From positions 152,773 through 216,772 of the forward strand of contig CANLUH010000004.1 of the NCBI GenBank assembly GCA_947494205.1: 64,000 nucleotides of DNA. Reading direction: 5' to 3'. Shown here piece by piece: positions 48,746-58,398 of this stretch. Origin of the DNA: an uncultured Flavobacteriaceae bacterium (lineage in GTDB: Bacteria; Bacteroidota; Bacteroidia; Flavobacteriales; Flavobacteriaceae). The notes beneath the pieces are model-generated. The model worked only from the letters and a program-made list of their open reading frames with translations. It did not search any database and was not told the origin of the DNA. How positions within the stretch are numbered: the stretch's first letter is position 1; the number at the start of each line of letters is the position of its first letter. The position numbers and the translations under genes are program-made.

Positions 48746-48931
48746 TAAACTGTATCTATCTATTAAAATGCTTATAATATCGCAGTTTTTCGCCCTGATT
48801 ATGTAATTCAAATAGATTCATACAAGTATTTATTTTAATTTTTTTGTGCTTTTATGCAGTGCAAATATGTGATTTTTATTTTAATTTAAGAAAAAAAGCT
48901 ATGATTTTTATAAAATCATAGCTTTTCATAA

Positions 48932-51001
48932 TTATAATACTACTTGGTTAAAAACCGTTTCTGTTACTTTATTATACCTTAATAAAGTTAAAGATATTGT
49001 TCCTCTACCACTAGTTAAGGTCCTTAAATCGGAGATGTAACCAAATGTTTCTAATAAAGGTACTTGGGCACGTATCTTTCGTTTAGTTCCATCTTCTTTT
49101 ATTTCCATAATAATGCCTCTTTTTTTATTAATGTCTGATGTTACTTTTCCTAAATAATCTTCAGGACATTCAATTTCGGCATTCATTATAGGTTCTAACA
49201 GCATAGGTTTTGTTAAAGTTGCTACTTGTTTAAAACCATGTTTAGCAACAATTTCAAAATCTAATGGGCTAGAATCTTCTGCATGAACCTTTCCGTCTAA
49301 TAAAACCACACGCATCGTTTCTACAGGGTAACCTGCTAATATTCCAGATTGCATAGCTTCTAAAAAGCCTTTTTCAACATTTGGAATAAATTCTTTAGGA
49401 ATGTTTCCACCTTTAATTTCATTTACAAATTCTAATCCCTTTTGTTTTTCTACACTAGGACCCAATGTAAATTTAATTTGGGCGAATTGTCCGTTTCCTC
49501 CATTTTGTTTTTTAAAGACTTCTGTATGTTCTACGGTTGTCTGTAATCGTTCTTTAAAGGATACTTTTGGATTCCCTTTTTGAATGGCTACTCCAAATTC
49601 TGATTTCAACTTTTCTAATCGTACATCTAAATGTAACTCTCCCATACCATGCAAAATGGTTTGCCCTGTTTGCTGATCGAAAGACATTTTTAATGATGGA
49701 TCTTCGTCTAAAATTTTAGCAATAGCTTCTCCAAAATGTTTTTCGTCATCTTTAGATTTTGGTTCCACTGCTATACTTATAACAGGTTCTGACACATCAA
49801 TAGATTCTAGAGTAAATGCATCGTCTAGTTCACACAACGTATCTCCAGTTTTTGCATTTTTTAATCCTATTAATGCTACAATATCTCCTGCTTTAGCTTC
49901 TTTTAGTTCTATAAATTTATCGGCTTGAATTTTTAAAATTCTACTTACTCTATTTTTTTGTTGAGATCTAGAATTTAAAATAGTCTCGCCTACTTTAATA
50001 GCACCAGCATACACTCTAACCATAGCTAAACTTCCTACGTAATTATCTGAAACAACCTTAAATACTAATCCTGTAAATGGTGTACTAACAGAACGTAATC
50101 TACGTTCTTCTTCATTATTTTTATTTACACCTTTTATATACTTAATATCATCCGGCGCTGGTAAGTATTGCGAAATAGCGTTTAATAATGGCTGCACACC
50201 TATATACTTAAACGATGAACCACAAAGCACTGGTACTGCTTGTTGTTTTATTGTAATAGCTCTAATAGCATGCATTAGTTCTGTATTACTAATCGGTTCA
50301 TTTTCCAAATACTTAATCAGTATAGTTTCATCAAAACCAGAAACTGTTTCTATAAGTTGTTCTTTCCATTGCAACAGTAATGGCTTTAAATCTTCAGTGA
50401 CTACTTTCTCTTCCCAAGTATGTCCTAAATCATTCGTATTCCAATACATTGCTTTTTCTGTTATAAGATCAATAATGCCTATAAAATCATCACCTTCTCC
50501 AATAGGAATTTGAAGCACCATTGGTACTGTATTTAATTCTTGTTGAATAGCACTTACAACTTTAAAAAAGTCTGCACCGATTCTATCCATTTTATTAATA
50601 AAACACAATTTTGGAATACCATATTTATTAGACTGACTCCAAACGGTTTCAGATTGCGGCTCTACACCTGATGATGCACAAAATAAAGCTACAACACCAT
50701 CTAATATTCTTAATGAACGTTCTACTTCTATAGCAAAATCTATATGCCCAGGCGTATCTATTATATTAATTTGATGTACCATCTCATTATAACTCCAATC
50801 TGCTGAAATTGCCGATGACGAAATTGTTATGCCTCGTTTTGCTTCTTGAGGATCACTATCGGTTACTGTATTACCATCATCTATATTTCCTGGTTTATGT
50901 ATGGTTCCTGTATAATACAATATACGTTCTGTTGTTGTCGTTTTTCCTGCATCTACATGGGCTATTATTCCTATATTTCTAAGTTGTTTATCTCGTTTCA
51001 T
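48932..51001 (-). CDS. elongation factor G paralog (EF-G-like translational GTPase)
   Basis: 689 aa. G1 motif AHVDAGKTTTTERILYYTG and DTPGHIDF, followed by the full EF-G domain II-V length. Longer than RF3. Confidence 0.85.
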   Translation of the reverse strand: MKRDKQLRNIGIIAHVDAGKTTTTERILYYTGTIHKPGNIDDGNTVTDSDPQEAKRGITISSSAISADWSYNEMVHQINIIDTPGHIDFAIEVERSLRILDGVVALFCASSGVEPQSETVWSQSNKYGIPKLCFINKMDRIGADFFKVVSAIQQELNTVPMVLQIPIGEGDDFIGIIDLITEKAMYWNTNDLGHTWEEKVVTEDLKPLLLQWKEQLIETVSGFDETILIKYLENEPISNTELMHAIRAITIKQQAVPVLCGSSFKYIGVQPLLNAISQYLPAPDDIKYIKGVNKNNEEERRLRSVSTPFTGLVFKVVSDNYVGSLAMVRVYAGAIKVGETILNSRSQQKNRVSRILKIQADKFIELKEAKAGDIVALIGLKNAKTGDTLCELDDAFTLESIDVSEPVISIAVEPKSKDDEKHFGEAIAKILDEDPSLKMSFDQQTGQTILHGMGELHLDVRLEKLKSEFGVAIQKGNPKVSFKERLQTTVEHTEVFKKQNGGNGQFAQIKFTLGPSVEKQKGLEFVNEIKGGNIPKEFIPNVEKGFLEAMQSGILAGYPVETMRVVLLDGKVHAEDSSPLDFEIVAKHGFKQVATLTKPMLLEPIMNAEIECPEDYLGKVTSDINKKRGIIMEIKEDGTKRKIRAQVPLLETFGYISDLRTLTSGRGTISLTLLRYNKVTETVFNQVVL

Positions 51002-51468
51002 TATATATAATTTTTAGTTTACTCCATAAAAAAAGCCTCCCAAAATGAGAGGCTCTTATTAAAGTATTATTAATAGCTTACCTCTTCCACTGTTTAGGGA
51101 ATTTGATTATTGATATTAATTTTAAAGTAAGCTTCATTGTAATTTGTTTGTTTTTTTAATCTATTCTTTTTTTTGAAATAGGTAGAATAAAAAAAGGCTT
51201 CCTAAAAAAGAAAGCCTTAAAATTATATATTAAAGTTTTTCAGTTTAGGACACATTTTCTACTCTACCAAAATACACAGTTCTGATAGCGCCATTGCAAG
51301 CGATGATGTTTCTATTTATCCTAATTGTTTTCATTTTTATTTGACTAATTGAGCTGCAAATATTGGAATTTATTTTTCAATTCTCAAAATTTATTTTTTC
51401 AAGCTCTTAAAATTTGGCTCCATAATACGAAGTATTATATTTTTTTAAATATGCAAGTTTTTTTTCCT

Positions 51469-51999
51469 CTAGTGCGTATTTTTCAAATTAAACGGTTGTA
51501 ATGCTAACTCTAATTTTACTTTTATGTTATCAATTTCTCGAGTTTCTTGAATTATTTTAATCACTTGTTCAGAGTAAAATTTCGCTTCTATTTCTATATT
51601 TCCTACGTAACAAAATCCATCTTCTACATAATCGAAATAATCTTTTAATCTGTATAATTCCCATAGTATTAAATAATCAGTATCGTAATTAAAACCTTGA
51701 GCCAAATAATTTATTATTTTATGGGTTTCTTGGTGTGTTTTAGTACTAGTTATTTTTGAACAAATTTCTTTTATTTCCAGGATTTCTGCATAACTACTAT
51801 CTAAAGAATTCAATACTATACTTTTTAAGTCTGACATCCATGATTTTCCTCTAAAATTGATTGTAATCACATCAAAATACAACAAGTTATTTTCTAGACT
51901 ACCTAAGATTTCTTCTGAAGTATAGAGCCAATTTTCGAATTCTGAAACAGTTATTTTATCTACTAATACATTGAATATTTTAAGTTTAAGTGCCTCCAT
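51469..51999 (-). CDS. hypothetical protein
   Basis: 176 aa with no motif recognised. Terminator hairpin at ~51028-51058 on the minus strand. Confidence 0.35.
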   Translation of the reverse strand: MEALKLKIFNVLVDKITVSEFENWLYTSEEILGSLENNLLYFDVITINFRGKSWMSDLKSIVLNSLDSSYAEILEIKEICSKITSTKTHQETHKIINYLAQGFNYDTDYLILWELYRLKDYFDYVEDGFCYVGNIEIEAKFYSEQVIKIIQETREIDNIKVKLELALQPFNLKNTH

Positions 52000-52100
52000 T
52001 TTTTAATGCTTTTAAACAAAGGTTTTAGATTAATACGCAATCATTTTGCGTATTAATCATTTTAATATAAATTAGATGAAGATTATGGCCATTTTAAACT

Positions 52101-54407
52101 ATGAAAAACATTCTTTTCTGCTTCTTATTTTTAATACTTCCGTTTCAATTTGCAAACGCACAATTAAATGCTTCTGAAAAAGAAATATTGTCTAAAGCAC
52201 TAGTAAAAAGGGTTAATGATTTAAGAAAAAAACTTAGCAAGCATCCTCTTAAAAGAGATACAGATTTAGTAAAAGCAGCACAATTACATTCGGATTACAT
52301 GGTTAAAAAAAACTCTTTAAACCATAACCAAATAGGCACAGAGTTTCCTAAACCGAAAGACCGTATTTTACATTTCAACAAAAGCTTTATTAGTTTTGGA
52401 GAAAATGTTTTATATAGTAAACCTGTACGGTATCCTCTAAACAAAAAAGCACTAAACAAATTAGCTTTCGATATGTTTCGAGCTTGGAAAGCCTCCCCTG
52501 GTCATTATGCAAACATGATTTCGGATGTATTTACTTATGGTGATTTCGCCTTTACACTACACCCAAAATCTAAACGTGTTTTTGCGACTCAAGTTTTTGG
52601 TAAAAAAGGTTACATTATTCCTAATCAATTGTCCTCTAATGCTTTTTCTGTAAAGAAAGGAGACAATACCTGTGCGAGCCTCATAGGAAATAACAGTAAT
52701 ATTATTGTAAATATTGGCAATAGAATTAGTGTTAAAAATGGAGAGGTTATTTATGGCGGCCATAAAATTGAAACCATAAAACGGATTTTAAAAAATGAAA
52801 ATGACGGCATCGCTGTAGATTTAATTGCTAGAGACCAAATGACATGTGGTGAGGACAATATATTAGATGCTTCAGAAATTTACGATGGGGTTATGCTAAA
52901 ACCAATATATAGGGATGCTGTTTTTTCTAATAATATGGCAAAAAACAACAGACGTCTTATTGTTTCCTTAGGTAAAATTCCAGAACATTTAAAGTCTAAA
53001 AAAATAAGTCCTAATATTATTGTTATTAAAGATGGCAAAAAATGTAGCTATACGCAACCTGCATATATTCCTTCTGGTCGGTACGATTTACGTGCCATAG
53101 CGCCTATTATAAATAGACCAAATATTGCTTTAAAAACAGAAGGCGTTAATAGTATTCATCAAATTCATTTTGATTTTGAAACAGGAAAAACAACGCCTAT
53201 AAAAGATCCTATTATAGACTTCAACATTGGTAAATTACATTCTATAGATATTAAAAGTTTTACTTCTGTAGATGGTACTGCATCTGCAAATGCCGTTTTA
53301 CATAAAAAAAGAGCTGAATACATTAATTCCTACTTAACAAGAAACATTAAAACTGAACATGTACCTATTGTTATTGAGGCTAAAGAAAACTGGGATTTAT
53401 GTAATTATCAAATTGAACTTTTGGGCTTAGAAAACACTTATAATTCTCAAAAAGACATTCGTAATTATATTAAAAAAAATGCTTCCGGTACTTGGAAAAA
53501 TGCTTTACAAAAGCAACGCCAATCTAAAGCCATTTTATACCAATATGGTACTTGGGACACATCACATTCAAATTATTTAAACTATAATTTAATGGATGCT
53601 TTGCTTAATAATAATTTTGATTTAGCAAACAAGGCGTTAGCCACAATGTACGATAGCGAGCAGAGTAACCTCTTTTTAAATGAAGAATTCATTATTAATA
53701 AATTATTTGATAAAAAAGAATTGGTACAAAACGTATCTGCTTTATTACTTAAAAACATTGGTTATTACGACTTAGATAATGTCGTCTTTTTTGTTAGAAA
53801 CTGGTTATCGCAACCCGAACTGTTATCTAAAGATGCTCAAAAAAACTTATTGAATTTATATGCTATTACTAGCAGACAATTATTGAGGTATTGGGATACT
53901 AGCATCGAAGATTTCTCGAAAGTTTTACATCCAAAAAAGGTAGAACCTTTATTTGAAAGTTATAAATCTGAAGACACTGTTAATCCTTTGTTTTTAAACT
54001 TTCACATGGCAAGTATAGAATATTATGCGCAAATAAATTACAGTTCTAAAATTGATGAATCTTTCGATTTTATCACCGACTACTTTAGAAGTGTTTCGCT
54101 TACCATTCAAGATGATATTGACTTGGCTTTATTTTTTAATAGCTGGAGTATGTATCACTTAACAAAAGAATCTTTATTACATCGTTATCATGACAAGACA
54201 CTAAACGAAGCAGCTTGTTTTTTATTGCTTCAAACGTATGTAGCAGACAATAGCGACTCTAATCCTGAGATTCTATTCAATTTAAATAAGCTAGCAATTA
54301 AATTTAATAAAACCCGCTGGTGTAAATGGATTAATAAAGACTTTCAGAACCTAAGTAACGAAAGCATAAAAAACCTTTATTGTAAAACTTGTAATACAGA
54401 AAATTAA
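52101..54407 (+). CDS. secreted CAP/SCP-domain protein with large C-terminal region
   Basis: Signal peptide. The N-terminal ~150 aa resemble a CAP (PR-1-like) domain (HSDYMV...HNQ...GENV). The remaining ~600 aa have no recognised motif. Confidence 0.5.
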   Translation: MKNILFCFLFLILPFQFANAQLNASEKEILSKALVKRVNDLRKKLSKHPLKRDTDLVKAAQLHSDYMVKKNSLNHNQIGTEFPKPKDRILHFNKSFISFGENVLYSKPVRYPLNKKALNKLAFDMFRAWKASPGHYANMISDVFTYGDFAFTLHPKSKRVFATQVFGKKGYIIPNQLSSNAFSVKKGDNTCASLIGNNSNIIVNIGNRISVKNGEVIYGGHKIETIKRILKNENDGIAVDLIARDQMTCGEDNILDASEIYDGVMLKPIYRDAVFSNNMAKNNRRLIVSLGKIPEHLKSKKISPNIIVIKDGKKCSYTQPAYIPSGRYDLRAIAPIINRPNIALKTEGVNSIHQIHFDFETGKTTPIKDPIIDFNIGKLHSIDIKSFTSVDGTASANAVLHKKRAEYINSYLTRNIKTEHVPIVIEAKENWDLCNYQIELLGLENTYNSQKDIRNYIKKNASGTWKNALQKQRQSKAILYQYGTWDTSHSNYLNYNLMDALLNNNFDLANKALATMYDSEQSNLFLNEEFIINKLFDKKELVQNVSALLLKNIGYYDLDNVVFFVRNWLSQPELLSKDAQKNLLNLYAITSRQLLRYWDTSIEDFSKVLHPKKVEPLFESYKSEDTVNPLFLNFHMASIEYYAQINYSSKIDESFDFITDYFRSVSLTIQDDIDLALFFNSWSMYHLTKESLLHRYHDKTLNEAACFLLLQTYVADNSDSNPEILFNLNKLAIKFNKTRWCKWINKDFQNLSNESIKNLYCKTCNTEN

Positions 54408-54409
54408 AA

Positions 54410-56131
54410 ATGGCTGTAAATAAAAATGCATTAATTCGCTATAAAACTATAGACAAGTGTCTGCAAAATAACTTTAGACAATGGACACTCGATGATTTAA
54501 TTGAAGCTTGCTCGGATGCTCTTTACGAGTACGAAGGTAAAGACGTAGATGTTAGCAAACGTACGGTGCAACTGGACATACAAATGATGCGTAGTGATAA
54601 GTTAGGTTACAATGCGCCTATTGTAGTTTATAACAGGAAATTTTATAAGTATGAAGATGCTGATTACAGCATTACAAACAGCCCTATTTCTAATCAGGAT
54701 TTAACAAAACTATCGGAAGCCGTTTCTTTTTTAAAGCAGTTTCAAGGGTTTTCTCATTTTGCAGCATTAAGAAGCATGGTTCAAAAGTTAGAAGATCATG
54801 TTTATACACAAAAAACACATGAAAAATCATTAATTGCTTTCGAAAAGAATGACAATTTAAAGGGTCTTGATTTTCTGGATGAGTTGTATCAATTTATTCT
54901 AAAAAAGCAAGCTATAGAATTAACGTATCGTTCGTTTAAAGCGCGTTCTGAAAATACATTTACATTCCATCCGTATTTATTAAAAGAGTTTAGAAACCGA
55001 TGGTTTATTATTGGTAAAAAAACAAAAGCTGAAGGTATTTTAAATTTAGCTTTAGACCGTATTATTAGCATTAAAAAAAGCGAAAAACCATATTTTTTTG
55101 ATGCCTCATTCGACTCCGAAACGTATTACAAAGATGTCATTGGGGTTTCTGTAAGCCCTAAACTACAAACGGAACAGGTTATATTTTATGTTATACATAA
55201 GCATGCGCCTTATGTGGAAACTAAACCATTTCACTATTCGCAACGCGTTATAGATAGAGATAATTACGGTGTTACTTTTGCTTTAGATGTGCAACATAAT
55301 TTTGAATTAGAAAAAGAGATGCTTAGTCTTGGGGAGCATATTAAAGTGATTGCTCCAGAGCGTTTAAAACGTAATATAAAAGACCGTTTATATCACGCTA
55401 TTGACACTTACGAAACGGAGATTACCGAAAGAGGATTAAAAGCCATAGAAAAGCAATTAGAATATAAAGGGTTTACCATTTTAAATCATTTATACACTAA
55501 ACGAGATATTAAAAAACTAAAGGCGAAATTAGATGCTTACATAAAACAAAACAACGAAAAACGTTTTGGTATGCGTGCTGTTTTACAGAAAATACCAGAA
55601 TTAAAAGACATTCTTTTTAATAGAAATTTAAAGAAATTGGTTAAAGCTATAGATAAACATGCTTTTTTAACGAAAGCAATTTATTTTGATAAGCAACCTG
55701 AAGATAATTGGTATGTAACTTGGCATCAAGATATTCCTATTAATGTTACTAATAGAATAGAAACAGATGGTTTTAAATCTTGGACGACTAAGGATGGCGT
55801 TATTGGTGTGCGTCCGCCAGAAGACATTACTAAAAACACATTTTCTATTCGCATTCATTTAGATGATACTACAGATAGTAATGGTGCTTTAAAGGTTATT
55901 AGTGGTTCGCATAAAAAGCGTTTAAATGATGAAGAAATAAAACTAATTTCGGAACATTCTATTCCTTTTATTTGCGAGGTAAATTCTGGTGGTGTACAGG
56001 TTTTAAAACCATTATTATTACATGCGTCTTCTAAATCGAAATCGCAAAAAAGACGCCGTGTTTTACACTTAGAGTTTTCATCTATTGCATTGCCTAATGG
56101 TTTGGAGTATGCTGAAAAAGCAATATTATAA
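54410..56131 (+). CDS. HTH-WYL transcriptional regulator fused to PhyH-like Fe(II)/2-oxoglutarate dioxygenase domain
   Basis: N-terminal wHTH, then a WYL signature (FTFHPYLLKEFRNRWFIIG). C-terminal ~230 aa carry WHQD (HxD) and GSHKK motifs typical of phytanoyl-CoA dioxygenase-family enzymes. Confidence 0.6.
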   Translation: MAVNKNALIRYKTIDKCLQNNFRQWTLDDLIEACSDALYEYEGKDVDVSKRTVQLDIQMMRSDKLGYNAPIVVYNRKFYKYEDADYSITNSPISNQDLTKLSEAVSFLKQFQGFSHFAALRSMVQKLEDHVYTQKTHEKSLIAFEKNDNLKGLDFLDELYQFILKKQAIELTYRSFKARSENTFTFHPYLLKEFRNRWFIIGKKTKAEGILNLALDRIISIKKSEKPYFFDASFDSETYYKDVIGVSVSPKLQTEQVIFYVIHKHAPYVETKPFHYSQRVIDRDNYGVTFALDVQHNFELEKEMLSLGEHIKVIAPERLKRNIKDRLYHAIDTYETEITERGLKAIEKQLEYKGFTILNHLYTKRDIKKLKAKLDAYIKQNNEKRFGMRAVLQKIPELKDILFNRNLKKLVKAIDKHAFLTKAIYFDKQPEDNWYVTWHQDIPINVTNRIETDGFKSWTTKDGVIGVRPPEDITKNTFSIRIHLDDTTDSNGALKVISGSHKKRLNDEEIKLISEHSIPFICEVNSGGVQVLKPLLLHASSKSKSQKRRRVLHLEFSSIALPNGLEYAEKAIL

Positions 56132-56154
56132 ACTATTTAATTATATTTATTAAA

Positions 56155-56955
56155 ATGATACCAGAATATATACTAAACAGAAAAGGCCCTAGAAGTTTAA
56201 AAAACCTTAACCCTGAAGTTATTGACTACCTTAACAAAGGACTTGTTGAAACTAAAAACTTAATGGAATGGCTAGCAACTGATCAATTAGAATTATTAAA
56301 ACTAGTGCTCTCCGAGATTAATAAAAAAGAATGGTATCCAGATTTTGAAACTGCTGTTAATGCACAGAAAAAACCAACGGCAAATAGTAATACAAAAGTT
56401 ATTGGACACACCTTAGGGATGCTTACTAAAGAAGCTACCATTTATAAAACATTAAAAACGCACACTTCCGATTTAGTACGTTGTTGGGCCTGTTGGGCCG
56501 AAAGTATACATCATGATGCGACTTATGATTTATTAAAAACTATGAAACCTTATACAGCAGACACTCATTTTGGTGTTAGGGAGGTTGTTATTTTTGCAAG
56601 TAAAGAACGAATGATTGAAGACCTTGACACGGCAATAAATATCCTCTCTAAGTGGACAACGGACAAAGATGAAAACATACGTCGTTTTGCTGTCGAGTCT
56701 TTACGCCCTGTTGGTGTATGGACAAAAAAAATAATGGCTTTTCAAGAACAGCCCGAAAAAGGATTGTCTTTAATAGTTCCTCTAAAATCGGATACTTCAA
56801 AATATGTTAGAGATTCTGTTGGCAATTGGTTAAATGACGCTAGTAAATCACAACCAGATTGGGTTAAATCTATTTGTAATGAATGGGATATACAATCTCC
56901 AACTAAAGAAACTAAGTATATTATAAAAAAGGGCTTACGTACTATTAATAAATAA
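56155..56955 (+). CDS. DNA alkylation repair protein (AlkD/AlkC-like HEAT-repeat glycosylase), tentative
   Basis: ~266-aa helical-repeat protein. Family assigned from overall pattern and genomic context only. Confidence 0.45.
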   Translation: MIPEYILNRKGPRSLKNLNPEVIDYLNKGLVETKNLMEWLATDQLELLKLVLSEINKKEWYPDFETAVNAQKKPTANSNTKVIGHTLGMLTKEATIYKTLKTHTSDLVRCWACWAESIHHDATYDLLKTMKPYTADTHFGVREVVIFASKERMIEDLDTAINILSKWTTDKDENIRRFAVESLRPVGVWTKKIMAFQEQPEKGLSLIVPLKSDTSKYVRDSVGNWLNDASKSQPDWVKSICNEWDIQSPTKETKYIIKKGLRTINK

Positions 56956-57010
56956 TAGATTTATAATTTATATATAATTTTAAAAATTACTTTCATTAAA
57001 AAGATAATGT

Positions 57011-57307
57011 CTATGACATTGGTAATATTTCTATTACTATTCCATAAACATGTTTTGTCCATCCGTTAATTCTACCGCGATTATTACCTATTAACAACCC
57101 GCGTTTATTGTTTTTGCCTTTTACAAGGTGTGTAAAACAATTACCTCTTACTTTACAATACACAATATCTCCTGTGTCGCAGTCTTCCCATGTAATGGGC
57201 TTAAGCTTTACTGGTTGTTTAGATTTTAGTAATGGCAACATAGAATTACCAGGTTCTTTTGAAATAATGGTTTCCCCATTTTGTAGTTTTTGAATTTTCC
57301 AATTCAT
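57011..57307 (-). CDS. small S24/S26-like peptidase-fold protein
   Basis: GNSMLPLL...GDIV resembles the Ser-protease motif of signal peptidase/LexA/UmuD. Only 98 aa. Confidence 0.45.
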   Translation of the reverse strand: MNWKIQKLQNGETIISKEPGNSMLPLLKSKQPVKLKPITWEDCDTGDIVYCKVRGNCFTHLVKGKNNKRGLLIGNNRGRINGWTKHVYGIVIEILPMS

Positions 57308-57405
57308 AATTTTTAATTTTAAACATTATGTAAGTCATTATTAACTTACATAGCCTTCAAAATTTTTCAAAAGTGTTTCAATGAACTGATACAAAGGTAT
57401 ACAAA

Positions 57406-58317
57406 TTAATTTTTACTTATTAAATACAGTAATGCTTCTTTTTCTATTTCAGAATGGTGCTCAAAAAATATTTTTCCTTCCTCATAAACTCCTTCAATTA
57501 AATAATAGTGTCCTTTAAAATACGATTGCTTCACCGTTACTTTTAAATCTGAGTGTTCTACAACTTGTAATTGATTAGCATAAACAATATAGCCGTTTAT
57601 AATATTAAATTCTTCGAAAAAAGAGGCTACTAAAGGCAATTTAGGTTTTTTATACAACGCTTTGGGAGTGTCTTTCGCTACTATTTTATTATCATCTAAA
57701 ACAATAAGTGTATCGGCGTAACCTAATACATCTTCTTTGTCATGCGTTGCAACAATACAAGCTATATTTTTAGCTTTTAAATAGCTAAATATGTTACGTC
57801 GTAAGGATTGTTTTTTAAAATTATCTATATGACTAAACGGTTCGTCTAACAAAATAATTTCGGGTTGCTTTGCCAATGCTCGTGCTAATGCTACACGCTG
57901 TTTTTGTCCACCACTTAATAGTTTTACTTTAGTTTTTGCGAAAGCTTCAAGTTCTACAACTTCTATTAATTCTGCAACACGTTGTTGTTTTTCTTCAGGA
58001 AAGAAATTAGACATGTATTTGCCTATATTTTCTTCTACAGAAATAAAAGGCATTAAGTCGAATTCTTGGGTTACATACTTCATAAAATCGTAACCAACTA
58101 CCAGATTAAATTTTGGTCCTAATATTTCTTCTGTTTTCCAAAATAATTGCCCTTCGTCTAAATCGTATTCACCGTATAATACATTTAAAAGTGTACTTTT
58201 TCCAGAACCACTTTCTCCTATAATAGCTATGTATTCCCCTGCTTCAACTTGAAAGGAAAGATTATTTAAAACCTTGGTTTTGTCGTAACTAAAGCTAATA
58301 TTATTTACTTGAAGCAT
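57406..58317 (-). CDS. ABC transporter ATP-binding protein
   Basis: Walker A GESGSGKST, signature LSGGQKQR, Walker B ILLDEP. Confidence 0.85.
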   Translation of the reverse strand: MLQVNNISFSYDKTKVLNNLSFQVEAGEYIAIIGESGSGKSTLLNVLYGEYDLDEGQLFWKTEEILGPKFNLVVGYDFMKYVTQEFDLMPFISVEENIGKYMSNFFPEEKQQRVAELIEVVELEAFAKTKVKLLSGGQKQRVALARALAKQPEIILLDEPFSHIDNFKKQSLRRNIFSYLKAKNIACIVATHDKEDVLGYADTLIVLDDNKIVAKDTPKALYKKPKLPLVASFFEEFNIINGYIVYANQLQVVEHSDLKVTVKQSYFKGHYYLIEGVYEEGKIFFEHHSEIEKEALLYLISKN

Positions 58318-58344
58318 ATATTAATTTGAATTACAAAAATAACA

Positions 58345-58378
58345 TAAAAAAAGCCACCTTATGTAAGGTGACTTTCTT
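58345..58378 (-). terminator. rho-independent terminator of the prolyl oligopeptidase gene
   Basis: Minus-strand hairpin aagaaaGTCACCTTAcataAGGTGGC followed by ttttttt. Confidence 0.55.
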
Positions 58379-58398
58379 CATTTTACAATCTCTTTTTA

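Noticed and set aside
18240-48930. Classification of the island as an intact prophage
   Set aside because: No integrase, terminase, portal, capsid or tail gene can be recognised in six frames, so only the anti-defence and RNA-repair logic is phage-like. I therefore describe it as an island of possible phage or mobile origin rather than as a prophage.
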